DNA from: Parvibaculaceae bacterium
Lineage (GTDB): Bacteria > Pseudomonadota > Alphaproteobacteria > Rhizobiales > Aestuariivirgaceae
NCBI GenBank assembly: GCA_050181295.1
Contig: JBFXDI010000022.1
Coordinates: 210-24,209, forward strand
DNA: 24,000 bases
Direction of reading: 5' to 3'
Shown: positions 1-9,035 of the stretch, piece by piece
Numbering within the stretch: the stretch's first letter is position 1
How the letters are laid out: the number at the start of each line of letters is the position of its first letter
Notes under the pieces: generated by a model
The model's database searches: none
Told to the model about the DNA's origin: nothing
The model's input: only the letters and a program-made list of their open reading frames with translations
Made by a program: the position numbers and the translations under genes

Positions 1-1539
1 GTGGCTGATGAAGATGTAACTCAGGCCGAGTTCCTGGCCGAGGTCCAGCAGCAGGTCCAGTACCTGCGCGCGCAACGAGACGTCGAGCGCCGAGGTCGGC
101 TCGTCGGCGACGATGAGCTGCGGCCGCAGCGCGATCGCCCTCGCGATCCCGATGCGTTGCCGCTGGCCGCCGCTGAAGGCGTGCGGGTAGCGGCGCATGG
201 CGTCAGGCGAAAGACCGACCCGCCGCAGAAGGTCCGCCACGCGCTCCTCGATCTCGGCGGCCGGCAGGACCGCGTGGTTGCGCAGGGGCTCGCCGACGAT
301 CTGCAGCACCGTCATGCGCGGATTGAGCGAGGAGAAGGGATCTTGGAAGATCATCCGCATTTCCCGCCAGAAGGGCTTGATCCCGGCCTCCGGGAGAGCG
401 GCGAGATCGACGGCCCTGCCGTCCCGGCTCCTGAAGAGCATCCGGCCGGAGGTCGGCTCGAGGATGCGCATGATGCAGCGCCCGAGCGTCGTCTTTCCGG
501 AGCCGCTTTCGCCCACGATGCCGAGGGTCTCGCCCCTGCCGAGCGAGAAGTCGATGCCGTCCAGCGCCTGCACCGCCTCTCCCTTCGAGCCGCCGAAGAA
601 GCGTTTGCGGCCCTCGAAACGCATTGAGAGGCCGCTCACCTCGAGGATGTTGTCCTGCGTCTCCGTTGCCGGCCGTTCCGCCGCGCGGCGCGAGCGCCGC
701 TCAAGCGCCAGGACCGAGCCGAGAAGGCGTTGCGTGTAGGGGTGTTGAGGGGTGAGAAAGATATCCTTGACTGGGCCCTGCTCGACGAGCTTGCCGTCGT
801 GCATGACGGCGACGTCGTCGGCGATCTCGGCCACCACGCCCATGTCGTGGGTGATGAACATGAGGGCCATTCCATAGAGGGACTGGAGGCTCTGCATGAG
901 CTCGAGGATTTCGGCCTGCGTCGTGACGTCGAGCGCCGTCGTCGGTTCGTCGGCGATGAGCAGCTTGGGCTCGCAGACGAGCGCCATGGCGGTCATCGCA
1001 CGCTGCCGCATGCCTCCGCTGAACTCGAAGGGGTAGCTGTCGATGCTGCGCTCCGGCCTTGGAATCTTGACCTGCTCCAGGACTTCGATGGCGCGCGCCC
1101 GAGCCTGGGCGTGGGACATCGGGCGGTGCAGCCGGATCGCCTCGATGATCTGCTGCCCGATGCTGTGCACGGGACTGAGGCTCGACATCGGCTCCTGGAA
1201 GATCATCGCGATCTCGCGCCCGCGTATGGCGCGGATGCTGCGGCCCCTGGGATCGAGCTTCGCGAGGTCGATCGTACCCGATCCACTTTCCGTTGCCTGA
1301 TGCAGCAGGACGCTTCCCTGCACGATCCGGCCCGGTTTCGGAACGATGTTGAGGATGGATCGGGCGGTGATGCTCTTGCCGCTGCCGCTCTCACCCACCA
1401 CGCACAGCGTCTTGCCGCGCTTCAGCGTGAAGCTCACGTCATCGACGGCCTTGATCACTTCGCGGCCGGTATCGAACCACGTGCTGAGGTTTCTGACCTC
1501 GAGCACGGGGCTGCCGGCCGCTGGCGCCATGGCGTTCAT
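1..1539 (-). CDS. Fused double-ATPase subunit of a Dpp/Opp-type (peptide/opine/nickel family) ABC importer; C-terminus runs off the window
   Basis: Absent from the ORF track because it has no stop codon in the window. My reverse-strand translation from the ATG at 1539 stays open for all 513 codons ([22 protein letters not shown]...). It has two Walker A motifs ([17 protein letters not shown]), two ABC signatures ([16 protein letters not shown]) and two Walker B motifs ([24 protein letters not shown]). Track ORFs 1..627(+) and 730..1593(+) are its antisense shadows. It starts 1 nt after the upstream permease stop codon at 1541..1543. Confidence 0.9.
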   Translation of the reverse strand, partial: MNAMAPAAGSPVLEVRNLSTWFDTGREVIKAVDDVSFTLKRGKTLCVVGESGSGKSITARSILNIVPKPGRIVQGSVLLHQATESGSGTIDLAKLDPRGRSIRAIRGREIAMIFQEPMSSLSPVHSIGQQIIEAIRLHRPMSHAQARARAIEVLEQVKIPRPERSIDSYPFEFSGGMRQRAMTAMALVCEPKLLIADEPTTALDVTTQAEILELMQSLQSLYGMALMFITHDMGVVAEIADDVAVMHDGKLVEQGPVKDIFLTPQHPYTQRLLGSVLALERRSRRAAERPATETQDNILEVSGLSMRFEGRKRFFGGSKGEAVQALDGIDFSLGRGETLGIVGESGSGKTTLGRCIMRILEPTSGRMLFRSRDGRAVDLAALPEAGIKPFWREMRMIFQDPFSSLNPRMTVLQIVGEPLRNHAVLPAAEIEERVADLLRRVGLSPDAMRRYPHAFSGGQRQRIGIARAIALRPQLIVADEPTSALDVSLRAQVLDLLLDLGQELGLSYIFISH

Positions 1540-1540
1540 G

Positions 1541-2689
1541 TCACTGGCGGTAGGGATCGGCTGCATCGCGCAGACCGTCGCCGACGAAGTTGAGGGAGAG
1601 GACGGCGATCACGACCGCCACGCCCGGAAGGAAGAGCCAGGGCGCCGTCGCTATGGCGCGGATGTTCTGGGCCTCCTGCAGAAGGACGCCCCAGCTCACC
1701 ATCGGCGGCTGCAGGCCAAGGCCGAGGAAGCTCAGGGCCGTCTCGGCGAGGATCATGCCGGGAATGGCAAGGCTTACCTCCGCGATGATGTGGCTGAGGA
1801 AGGAAGGCGCCATGTGCCTGAAGATCACGCGGCGCTCGCCCGCCCCGTCCAGGCGCGCGGCGGTCACGAAGTCCTCGGTGCGCAGCGACAGGAAACGCCC
1901 CCGGATGACACGGGCAAGGCTGGTCCATCCGATGAGCGACAGGATGATGGTGATGCAGAGATAGATCCTGAGCGGCGGCCAGTTGGACGGCATGGCGGCG
2001 GCGAGGCCCAGCCATAAGGGTGTTGTCGGCAGGGAGAGAATGAACTCGATGACGCGCTGAATGGCGTTGTCCACCCAGCCGCCGTAGTAGCCGGAGATGC
2101 CGCCGAGGACGATCCCGAGGATGAGGCTCAGCACCACGCCGATCAGTCCGATCGACATGGAGATGCGCGTGCCGTGGACGATGCGGCTGAGCATGTCGCG
2201 CCCCAGCCGGTCGGCGCCGAGAAGGTACATGGGATCGCTCTTCTTGAGGGGCCCGAAGAGTTTCGTCTCCAGCGTGAAGAGTCCCCACATGCGATAGGGG
2301 TCGCTCTTCACGAAGAAGCCGACCGGATATTTCTGCGACGGATCGCTCACGAACGAACGCCGGAGCGCCACCGGGTCGATCGCCACCTTGTAGCCCGTGA
2401 CATGCGGCCGCCAGGTGAGGCTTCCCTGTTCGTCGCGGTCGAGGAGAGAGAGGGCCTGCGGCGGCGCGTAGGTGTAGCGCGGGTTGAAGGCAGTAGGCTC
2501 GAAGGGCGCGAGGAGCTCGCAGAAGATGGCGATGAGCGCGATCACGCCGAGTACGACAGCGCTCGCCATCGCGAGCCGGTGGCGGCGGAACTGCCACCAC
2601 ATCAGGCGCCACTGGGACGCGGAACCCTTGCGCGCCGCTGCTGCCGGCGCCTCGTCGGGCAGGGAGGGCGACAGCGGGCTAGCGGTCAT
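1541..2689 (-). CDS. ABC transporter permease, DppC/OppC-like
   Basis: 382-aa polytopic protein with the N-terminal extension and first TM typical of DppC/OppC (WRLMWWQFRRHRLAMASAVVLGVIALIAIF). It has an EAA-like loop region (TEDFVTAARLDGAGERRVIFRHMAPS). It overlaps the upstream permease gene by 11 nt. Confidence 0.9.
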   Translation of the reverse strand: MTASPLSPSLPDEAPAAAARKGSASQWRLMWWQFRRHRLAMASAVVLGVIALIAIFCELLAPFEPTAFNPRYTYAPPQALSLLDRDEQGSLTWRPHVTGYKVAIDPVALRRSFVSDPSQKYPVGFFVKSDPYRMWGLFTLETKLFGPLKKSDPMYLLGADRLGRDMLSRIVHGTRISMSIGLIGVVLSLILGIVLGGISGYYGGWVDNAIQRVIEFILSLPTTPLWLGLAAAMPSNWPPLRIYLCITIILSLIGWTSLARVIRGRFLSLRTEDFVTAARLDGAGERRVIFRHMAPSFLSHIIAEVSLAIPGMILAETALSFLGLGLQPPMVSWGVLLQEAQNIRAIATAPWLFLPGVAVVIAVLSLNFVGDGLRDAADPYRQ

Positions 2690-3665
2690 AGCGGATCCTG
2701 GGGTCGAGCCAGACGAGCAGCAGGTCGGACAGAAGTGTCCCGATCAGCACCAGGATGCACTGGAACATGATGAGTGCCCCGCCGAGATACATGTCCTGGG
2801 TCTTGAGAGCCTGGATCAGGATGGGGCCGGCCGTGGGAAGGCTGAGGACGCTGGATACGATCACATCGCCCGACACGAGCACGGGAAGCACCCAGCCGAC
2901 CGTGCTCACGAACGGGTTGAGCGCCACGCGGGTAGGGTAGCGGAGCGTGAGCGTGAGCTCGGGCAGGCCCTTGGCGCGCGCCGTCTCCACATAGGGCTTG
3001 CCCAGCTCGTCGAGCAGGTTCGCCCGCATGACCCGCACCAGGGCGGCGATCCCCGCCACCCCGAGCACGATCACCGGGATCCACAGATGCTGGAGAAGAT
3101 CGACGACACGCGCCCAGCTCCAGGGCGCGTTGACGAACTCCGGCGAGAAGAGGCCACCGACCGAGTAGCCGAGGAACACGACCGACAGATACATGACGAA
3201 GAGGGCCAAGAGGAAGTTGGGCGTCGCCATGCCGAGGAAGCTCAGGAAGGTCACGGCGTAGTCGCCGGCGCTGTACTGGCGCACGGCGGAAAAGACGCCG
3301 ACCGGAAACGCGATGAGCCACACGAAGAGGAGGGTGCAGAACGCCACCAGCGTCGTCATGCCGAGGCGGTTCCAGATGATGTCGGCCACCGGCGCGCGAT
3401 ACTCGAAGGAAAGCCCGAGATCGCCCCTGAGCGCATTGCCGATCCACTGGAAGTATTGAACGGGCAGCGGCTGGTCCAGACCGTACCGCACGCGCAGCTC
3501 CGCGAGCTTCTCCGCGCTCGCCGGCGACCCTGAAGTGGCCAGGTCGGCCGCGTAGCTCGTGACGAAATCGCCGGGCGGAAGCTGGATGATGATGAACGCT
3601 ACGACCGAGACGGCGAGGAAGGACGGGATCATCCACAAGAGGCGGCGAAGGATGAAGCGGAGCAT
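2679..3665 (-). CDS. ABC transporter permease, DppB/OppB-like
   Basis: 328 aa with the canonical DppB/OppB N-terminus (MLRFILRRLLWMIPSFLAVSVVAFIIIQLPPGDFV) and a conserved loop (YVETARAKGLPELTLTLRYPTRVALNP). Confidence 0.92.
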   Translation of the reverse strand: MLRFILRRLLWMIPSFLAVSVVAFIIIQLPPGDFVTSYAADLATSGSPASAEKLAELRVRYGLDQPLPVQYFQWIGNALRGDLGLSFEYRAPVADIIWNRLGMTTLVAFCTLLFVWLIAFPVGVFSAVRQYSAGDYAVTFLSFLGMATPNFLLALFVMYLSVVFLGYSVGGLFSPEFVNAPWSWARVVDLLQHLWIPVIVLGVAGIAALVRVMRANLLDELGKPYVETARAKGLPELTLTLRYPTRVALNPFVSTVGWVLPVLVSGDVIVSSVLSLPTAGPILIQALKTQDMYLGGALIMFQCILVLIGTLLSDLLLVWLDPRIRYDR

Positions 3666-3711
3666 CGTCCCTTCCTGCTTGGAGCTCGCCGAGCGGGCTG
3701 GCCGAACGAGA

Positions 3712-3745
3712 ATGCCGGCCGGGCTTCCGAGGCGCCGGCCGGCAT
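3712..3745 (-). other. Intercistronic GC-rich stem-loop between the binding-protein gene and the first permease gene
   Basis: Perfect 11-bp inverted repeat: ATGCCGGCCGG (3712..3722) and CCGGCCGGCAT (3735..3745), with a 12-nt loop. There is no U-tract. It sits in the 94-nt gap after the SBP stop codon. Confidence 0.5.
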
Positions 3746-3759
3746 CCTGTCACGAAGCG

Positions 3760-5736
3760 CTATTGCGCGCTATCGAAGTAGTATTGCTCGGTGTTGCTCG
3801 CGACCGGGCTTGGATAGGTCCAGGCGAAGGGCCGCGGATAGACGTTGTGCATGGTGTTCTTGACCACGGAGTAGAGCGGTCCCGGAGTGCTGATGCCGAT
3901 GCAGTAGAACTGGTCGGCGGCGATATCCAGGAGCTGCTTCATGAGTTCCGCCTGCTTCGCGGGATCGGCGTATTTGGTGACCTCGCGATAGATCTCCATC
4001 TGCTTCTTGACCTCCGCGGGCGGCTCCTCGCCTGATTTCCCGCCCGAGGCGTACCAATTGCCCCACGGCACGGCGAAGAGCGACTCGTTCCAGAACGGGA
4101 AGTAGAAGGTCGGCTCGAAGAGCGCGTCCGCCATGCCGCCGCTTCCTAGGAAGACGGAGGCGTCCTGGTCGTTGTTGTCCTTGCGGTCGTAGAAGAGGGT
4201 CCTGTCGACCGTCTGCACCTTGGCGTCGACGCCGACCGCCTGCCAGTATTGGGCGACAAGCTGAGTGGAATCCAGGAAGTCCCCGAGCGCCGGGATCACC
4301 ATGATGTTGAAGGAGATGCGCTTGCCGTCCGGTCCGAGGCGGAAGCCTTCCGCGTCCTTCTTCGGGAATGCCTTGTCGAGATGCTCGTTGGCCTTCGCGA
4401 GGTCGAACTCGGTGTACTGCTTGGCGAGCTTCTCGTTGTAGTAGGGCGACTCCTTGCGGGGCGCGGCCTGCCACGGCTCGCCCTGGCCGACGAACGCCGA
4501 ATCGATGATCGCCTGCCGGTCGATGGCGTGGGAGAGGCCGATCCGGAAGTCCTTGTTGTTGAAGATCTCGCGCTTCACCGGATCCTTGTGAGTCAGGTTG
4601 AAGGAGATGACCGTCGTGTTCATATCGGCGTTGGGGCCGTCCACGATCCGGACATTCGCCTTCTCCGCCGAGTCGATGAACACGGCGCGGTTGGCGTTGG
4701 CGTTGATGTGCCGGTCCTGATAGTCGATCTCGCCGTTCACGACCTTCAGCACCAGCGTCTGCTTGTCGGCGTTCACCGAGATCGAAAGATCGTCGATATA
4801 GGGAAGCTGATTGCCGGCGGTGTCGACCTTGAAGTAGTAGGGATTGCGCTTCAGCGTCACGAGCGTCGCGCCGCCGATATAGGGGTCCTTGATGACCCAG
4901 GGCTCCATGGTCGGGCGGCCCGGATTCTGCCAGCGCTCGTTGGCTTCCGTGTCGACGGCGCACTTCTTGATGAAGAGCTCCGTCCAGGTTCCGACTCCTG
5001 CCTCCTTCTGCAGCGCCTCAATCCCGTCCTTGTTGTAGGCCGGATGGAACTGCGAGCAGTAGTGCTTGGCCATCATCGTCATCTGGACGCCGTAGACACT
5101 TGCTAGACGCTGCGGAAAGACCCCGTAGGGCTCCTTGAACGTGATCTTGAAGGTCTGGTCGTCGATCTTCTCGAACTTTCCGACCTCGCCGCCGTTCACC
5201 ATCCAGTCGACCGCGTTGGGAAGCAGTTCCTTGTTGCCGACGATGTCGTTCACGAAGAAGCCGACGTCGTCGCTGCCGAAAGGCTTGCCGTCGGACCACT
5301 TCAGGCCCTTGCGGAGCTTCACAGTGAACTCCGTCGCGGCATCGTTGCTGGTGACGGATTCGGCGAGGTTGGGGATCACCTTGCCGGACCATTCGCGGTC
5401 CCAGGCCATCAGAGGTTCGTAGCCGGCGATGCGGAACAGCCAGTTGCGGTCGGAGCCGCCGACCATGCCTGACCGCCAGGTGCCGCCATACGTGCCGACC
5501 TTCTCCACCGGCTCGACGACACGCGGACTCTCGGGCAGCCGCTCCGCGACCGGCGGAAGCTGGCCCGCCTTCACCATGTCGGCCAGCATCGGCGCTTCCT
5601 GATACTCAGCCGCCGCGAGACCCGACCCGAACCATGTCGCGCCCATCGCAAGGGCGCCGAGGAAGGTCGCGGCGCGCGAGACCTTCGACAGGCGCTTTCC
5701 GTGGGTCGAACGAGAAAGACACGTGCTAACCGTCAT
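3760..5736 (-). CDS. ABC transporter substrate-binding protein, family 5 (Dpp/Opp/opine-type), unusually long (658 aa)
   Basis: Track ORF 3760..5820. I prefer the ATG at 5736 (MTVSTCLSRSTHGKRLSKVSRAATFLGALAMGATWFGSGLAAA), which gives a signal peptide and has GGAGGG 6 nt upstream. The body is typical of family-5 SBPs (GGTWR, NPYYFKVD, YDRKD regions). Confidence 0.88.
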   Translation of the reverse strand: MTVSTCLSRSTHGKRLSKVSRAATFLGALAMGATWFGSGLAAAEYQEAPMLADMVKAGQLPPVAERLPESPRVVEPVEKVGTYGGTWRSGMVGGSDRNWLFRIAGYEPLMAWDREWSGKVIPNLAESVTSNDAATEFTVKLRKGLKWSDGKPFGSDDVGFFVNDIVGNKELLPNAVDWMVNGGEVGKFEKIDDQTFKITFKEPYGVFPQRLASVYGVQMTMMAKHYCSQFHPAYNKDGIEALQKEAGVGTWTELFIKKCAVDTEANERWQNPGRPTMEPWVIKDPYIGGATLVTLKRNPYYFKVDTAGNQLPYIDDLSISVNADKQTLVLKVVNGEIDYQDRHINANANRAVFIDSAEKANVRIVDGPNADMNTTVISFNLTHKDPVKREIFNNKDFRIGLSHAIDRQAIIDSAFVGQGEPWQAAPRKESPYYNEKLAKQYTEFDLAKANEHLDKAFPKKDAEGFRLGPDGKRISFNIMVIPALGDFLDSTQLVAQYWQAVGVDAKVQTVDRTLFYDRKDNNDQDASVFLGSGGMADALFEPTFYFPFWNESLFAVPWGNWYASGGKSGEEPPAEVKKQMEIYREVTKYADPAKQAELMKQLLDIAADQFYCIGISTPGPLYSVVKNTMHNVYPRPFAWTYPSPVASNTEQYYFDSAQ

Positions 5737-5746
5737 CACGCCCTCC

Positions 5747-5856
5747 GCTGTCAACTTGTGATGTCTGGATGCTCCCCCGGAGCCGTTCTTTTTGGCCCAG
5801 CACGTCTCGAAGGCTCGCATGGAGCCGCAGGGCTGTCAACAAATTCATCAACTTGT
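5747..5856 (-). promoter_or_regulatory. Repeated motif upstream of the SBP gene; possible internal promoter or operator
   Basis: GCTGTCAACTTGT at 5747..5759 recurs in split form as GCTGTCAA (5832..5839) plus TCAACTTGT (5848..5856). On the minus strand each copy presents a TTGACA hexamer. Confidence 0.3.
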
Positions 5857-5876
5857 CAGTCAGGTTTGCGCGGCGG

Positions 5877-7082
5877 TCATTCGCTCGGCTCGGCGAGCCA
5901 TTCGAGCACCGCGCGGGCCGATCCGTCGCCCGGAGGCGGAGGCATGCTCCTGTCGCCCGCTGCGCGCGCGCCATCGATCGCGGATTGCAGATGCCGGCAG
6001 ACGAGGTCGAGCCCGGCGTCGTCCAGGCGGCGCACATCGACCATGAGCACGCCGCGGTCGGCGTGGAGCGTGCGGACGAGGACACGGGGCTTTGCCCGGG
6101 AGAGCGCCACGGCGACGCCGTGGGCGCTGAAGCCGGCGACGGCGGCGTCGATGGTCAGATGAAGGCGGCTGAAGGGATTGCCGGTCTCGTCCGCCACGCT
6201 CACCGCCGATATGCCGGGAAGACCGGAGAGCCGCTGCGCCAGCGTCGCAGCCTTGCGTTCCGTGTCCCGTCGAGCGGTCTCCTGGTCAAGCTGCGTCCAG
6301 CGCCTGAGTGCTGCGATGGTTCCCACAACCGCCTCCTTTCCGGCCTTCATCGGCCGGCCGATCCCCCGGCTCTGCGCATAGGCGGCGCGGACCAGGTCCC
6401 TGCGTCCGGCAACGATCCCCGCGGTGAGGCTGCCAAGCGCCTTCTGGGCGCTGAAAAGCACAAGGTCGGCGCTTATCGAAAGAAACTCCCGCCAGCCATA
6501 TTCCGCCGCCGCGTCAACCACGACGGGCACGCCGCGGGCGTGGCAGATCTCGATGAACCGGGGCAAGGGGATCATGCCGGTTGGCGCTGCGTGATGCGAC
6601 ACGACATAGACGGCGGCAGCCGTTTGCGCGCCGAGCGCCGCCTCGAGCTGATAGGCGCCCGTTTCCATGGCAGCGCCGAACTCCACCACGCGCGCGCCGG
6701 AAAGCCGTATGTCGCCGGTGATCGAGGAGCCGTAGTTCACAACATGCCCCTTCTGGATCACGACCTCGTTCTTCAGTCCGTCCGTGTCGGGAAGCCGCTC
6801 GATGCGCGCGAGATCGAGGCCCGTCATGCAGGCAGCCACCGATATGACGATGCCGGCCGAAGTGCAGCCTGTGACGAAGCCCGCCTCCGCGCCCGTTGCC
6901 TCCTCGATCGCGCGGCTCGCGGCTCGTTGCAACTCGGCCATGTCGACGGAGTGCGGCAAAATGCCCGCAACGGCCTCGATGATCTCCGGATGGACCGGGC
7001 TGGCGCCGTAGACGGTCTCCGTCCCCGAGGCGTTGAGGAGTCTGGTCAAGCCAAGTTCCTCGATCATGTCCCGCGAAGCCAT
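5877..7082 (-). CDS. SelA-like / DgaE-like fold-type I PLP-dependent enzyme (probable ammonia-lyase or aminotransferase)
   Basis: Track ORF 5877..7136. I prefer the ATG at 7082 (MASRDMIEELGLTRLLNASGTETVYGAS), which has AAAGGA upstream. The N-terminal LNASGT motif and the PLP-lysine context LVLFSAQKALGSLTAGIVAG, followed by RPMKAGKEAVVG, resemble the SelA/DgaE family. Confidence 0.75.
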   Translation of the reverse strand: MASRDMIEELGLTRLLNASGTETVYGASPVHPEIIEAVAGILPHSVDMAELQRAASRAIEEATGAEAGFVTGCTSAGIVISVAACMTGLDLARIERLPDTDGLKNEVVIQKGHVVNYGSSITGDIRLSGARVVEFGAAMETGAYQLEAALGAQTAAAVYVVSHHAAPTGMIPLPRFIEICHARGVPVVVDAAAEYGWREFLSISADLVLFSAQKALGSLTAGIVAGRRDLVRAAYAQSRGIGRPMKAGKEAVVGTIAALRRWTQLDQETARRDTERKAATLAQRLSGLPGISAVSVADETGNPFSRLHLTIDAAVAGFSAHGVAVALSRAKPRVLVRTLHADRGVLMVDVRRLDDAGLDLVCRHLQSAIDGARAAGDRSMPPPPGDGSARAVLEWLAEPSE

Positions 7083-7218
7083 GGGGCGGTCCTTTCGGAT
7101 GTGGCGATGCTGGTCGTGTACGCCCGTTGAGGTCACGTGTGGAGTCCATTGCCATGCCGACCCGTAAGGATGTAAGACGAGTCACGCTCCAATCTCCAGA
7201 TCCTTTCGGGCTTCGTGG

Positions 7219-8526
7219 ATGGACGTTCGGGATATCGAGGCTTCTCTCATCGACGGAACGATCAAGGGCATGCCGGGCGGCATGGCTCCGATCGCGCTGC
7301 GCGACGTTGGCCGTCAGGGCTGGAACGTGCTTCGGGAGGACATGCCGCTCCCTCTCGCGGTCCTCAAGGGATCCGCCCTTCGCCACAATGGCGACTGGAT
7401 GCGCCGGTTTCTCCTCGAATCCGGCGCCGTCATCTCCCCGCATGGCAAGACGACGATGAGCCCGCAGCTTTTTGCGCTGCAGATCGAGGACGGGGCCTGG
7501 GCCATCACCGTCGGCTCGGTGCAGCAACTGCAGGTCGCGCGCCGCTACGGCTTCGACCGTGTCGTGATGGCGAACCAGCTCGTGGGAGCGCGGGCCATCC
7601 GCTATGTCCTGGACGAGATCGCCCGCGACGAAAACTTCGACTTCTTTAGCCTGGTCGACTCCGTCGAGCAGGCGACGCGGCTGGCCGAGGCGGCGCGCGC
7701 GGCCCGCTTGCCGAGGCCGCTGCAGCTGATCGTGGAGGGCGGATTTGTCGGCGGCCGCACCGGCTGCCGGACGTTTCAGCAGGCGCTCGAGGTCGCCCGC
7801 ATCGTCAAGGCCGCGTCTCCCTTTCTCTCGCTCCGGGGTGTCGGCGGCTACGAGGGGCTTCTGCGCTCCCCGGACGAGGACGAACTCGATGGCATGGTGC
7901 GGCGGTTCCTCGACTATCTCGTGGACATCGCCATCGCCTGCGGCCGGGAGAACCTGTTCGGCGAAGGGGAAGTGCTGCTCACGGCCGGCGGCTCGACCTT
8001 CTACGATCTCGTGCCCGAGCGCTTTGCGAAGGCTGGCGTGACGCGGCCCTTCAAGGTGCTCACCCGCAGCGGCTGCTACCTCACGCACGACTCGGGCGAG
8101 TACAGGGACCGGTTCCAGCAGCTCCGCAAGCGCACACCCTCCATCGATGGCCTCGGACAACCACTCGTTCCAGCCCTCGAGGTCTGGGCCTACGTGCAGT
8201 CGCGGCCGGAGCCGACGAAGGCCATCCTCACGGCAGGCAAGCGGGACATCTCGTTCGACTCCCGCCTGCCACAGCCGCTGAAGTGGCTGCGGCCTTCAGC
8301 CGGCGCTACGGCAGCGGATATCCGCCCGGTCGGGGAGGGCCATACAGTGACCGGGCTCAACGATCAGCATTGCCACCTGGCGCTGCCGGAGGATAGCCCG
8401 CTGAAGGTCGGCGACATGGTGGCGCTCGGCATCTCGCATCCCTGCACGACCTTCGACAAATGGCAGGTGATCCCGGTGGTGGATGACGACTACAACATCG
8501 TCTCCGCCGTGCGCACCTTCTTCTGA
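7219..8526 (+). CDS. DSD1-type (alanine-racemase-fold) PLP amino-acid deaminase/dehydratase/aldolase
   Basis: 435 aa. The PLP-lysine motif SPHGKTTM places Lys77 at 7447..7449. The protein has an alanine-racemase N-terminal-like barrel followed by a C-terminal domain (ISHPCTTFDKWQVIPVVDDDY), typical of D-serine-dehydratase-like proteins. Confidence 0.8.
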   Translation: MDVRDIEASLIDGTIKGMPGGMAPIALRDVGRQGWNVLREDMPLPLAVLKGSALRHNGDWMRRFLLESGAVISPHGKTTMSPQLFALQIEDGAWAITVGSVQQLQVARRYGFDRVVMANQLVGARAIRYVLDEIARDENFDFFSLVDSVEQATRLAEAARAARLPRPLQLIVEGGFVGGRTGCRTFQQALEVARIVKAASPFLSLRGVGGYEGLLRSPDEDELDGMVRRFLDYLVDIAIACGRENLFGEGEVLLTAGGSTFYDLVPERFAKAGVTRPFKVLTRSGCYLTHDSGEYRDRFQQLRKRTPSIDGLGQPLVPALEVWAYVQSRPEPTKAILTAGKRDISFDSRLPQPLKWLRPSAGATAADIRPVGEGHTVTGLNDQHCHLALPEDSPLKVGDMVALGISHPCTTFDKWQVIPVVDDDYNIVSAVRTFF

Positions 8527-8543
8527 GAACAGGTCTTTCAGGC

Positions 8544-9032
8544 ATGGCTTCTGAGCATGACGAGAGGCTCAAGAAACTCGGGGAGGAGGTTCCCCCCGCG
8601 AGCACGCCGGGCGCCAACTACGTCCCGTTTGTGACCGGTGGCGGTCTTTTGTACCTTGCGGGTCAAATTCCGCGGCGTGGCGACCGGATCGACTGGAAGG
8701 GCAGGATCGGCGAGACGCTGACGACTGAGGAAGGTTACAAGGCGGCGCGCTCCTGCGCCCTCAACCTCATCGTCCAGATCCGGGAAGCTTGCGGCGGCTC
8801 GCTCGCGCGTGTGGTGCGGATCGTGAAGCTCACGGGCTTCGTCAACTGCACGGCCGACTATCCCGATGTGCCGAAGGTGATCAACGGCGCGTCGGATGCC
8901 TTCGTCGAGGTGTTCGGCGATGCGGGCCGCCATGCGCGGAGCGCCGTCGGGCTCGCCTCGCTGCCGCGCGGTGTGAGCGTCGAGGTCGAGGCCATCGTCG
9001 AGATCGCGCCGGAACAGCACTGGAAGAGGTGA
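8544..9032 (+). CDS. RidA/YjgF-family reactive enamine/imine deaminase
   Basis: 162 aa with RidA-family blocks (LLYLAGQIP, KLTGFVN, HARSAVGLASLPRGVSVEVEAIVEI). It lies immediately downstream of a PLP deaminase, which is a common pairing. Confidence 0.88.
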   Translation: MASEHDERLKKLGEEVPPASTPGANYVPFVTGGGLLYLAGQIPRRGDRIDWKGRIGETLTTEEGYKAARSCALNLIVQIREACGGSLARVVRIVKLTGFVNCTADYPDVPKVINGASDAFVEVFGDAGRHARSAVGLASLPRGVSVEVEAIVEIAPEQHWKR

Positions 9033-9035
9033 GGC

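Noticed and set aside
1-1593. Plus-strand track ORFs 1..627, 197..739 and 730..1593
   Set aside because: They are antisense shadows of the fused ABC ATPase. Read backwards, their sequences mirror Walker/signature motifs (for example [27 protein letters not shown] is the complement of the LSGGQ/Walker B region). They are Arg/Asp/Gly-rich with no family resemblance.
5737-5820. Extended N-terminus of the binding protein (start at 5820)
   Set aside because: The extra 28 residues (MRAFETCWAKKNGSGGASRHHKLTAEGV) precede the signal peptide and lack a ribosome-binding site. The ATG at 5736 has GGAGGG upstream and yields a normal signal sequence.
7083-7218. Divergent promoter region of the catabolic cluster: 9-bp direct repeat TCCTTTCGG (7090..7098 and 7201..7209), a CACGTG palindrome and GGATGT repeats
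   Set aside because: The first TCCTTTCGG copy is simply the complement of the SelA-like gene ribosome-binding site. The other repeats are short enough to occur by chance. I found no convincing operator-length palindrome, so I make no regulatory call.
5769-8160. Long ORFs 5769..7130(+) of 453 aa and 6514..8160(-) of 548 aa
   Set aside because: Each lies fully antisense to a recognisable PLP enzyme gene (SelA-like and DSD1-like). Both have low-complexity Arg/Ala/Gly/Pro composition. They are typical high-GC shadow frames whose third codon positions coincide with those of the real gene.
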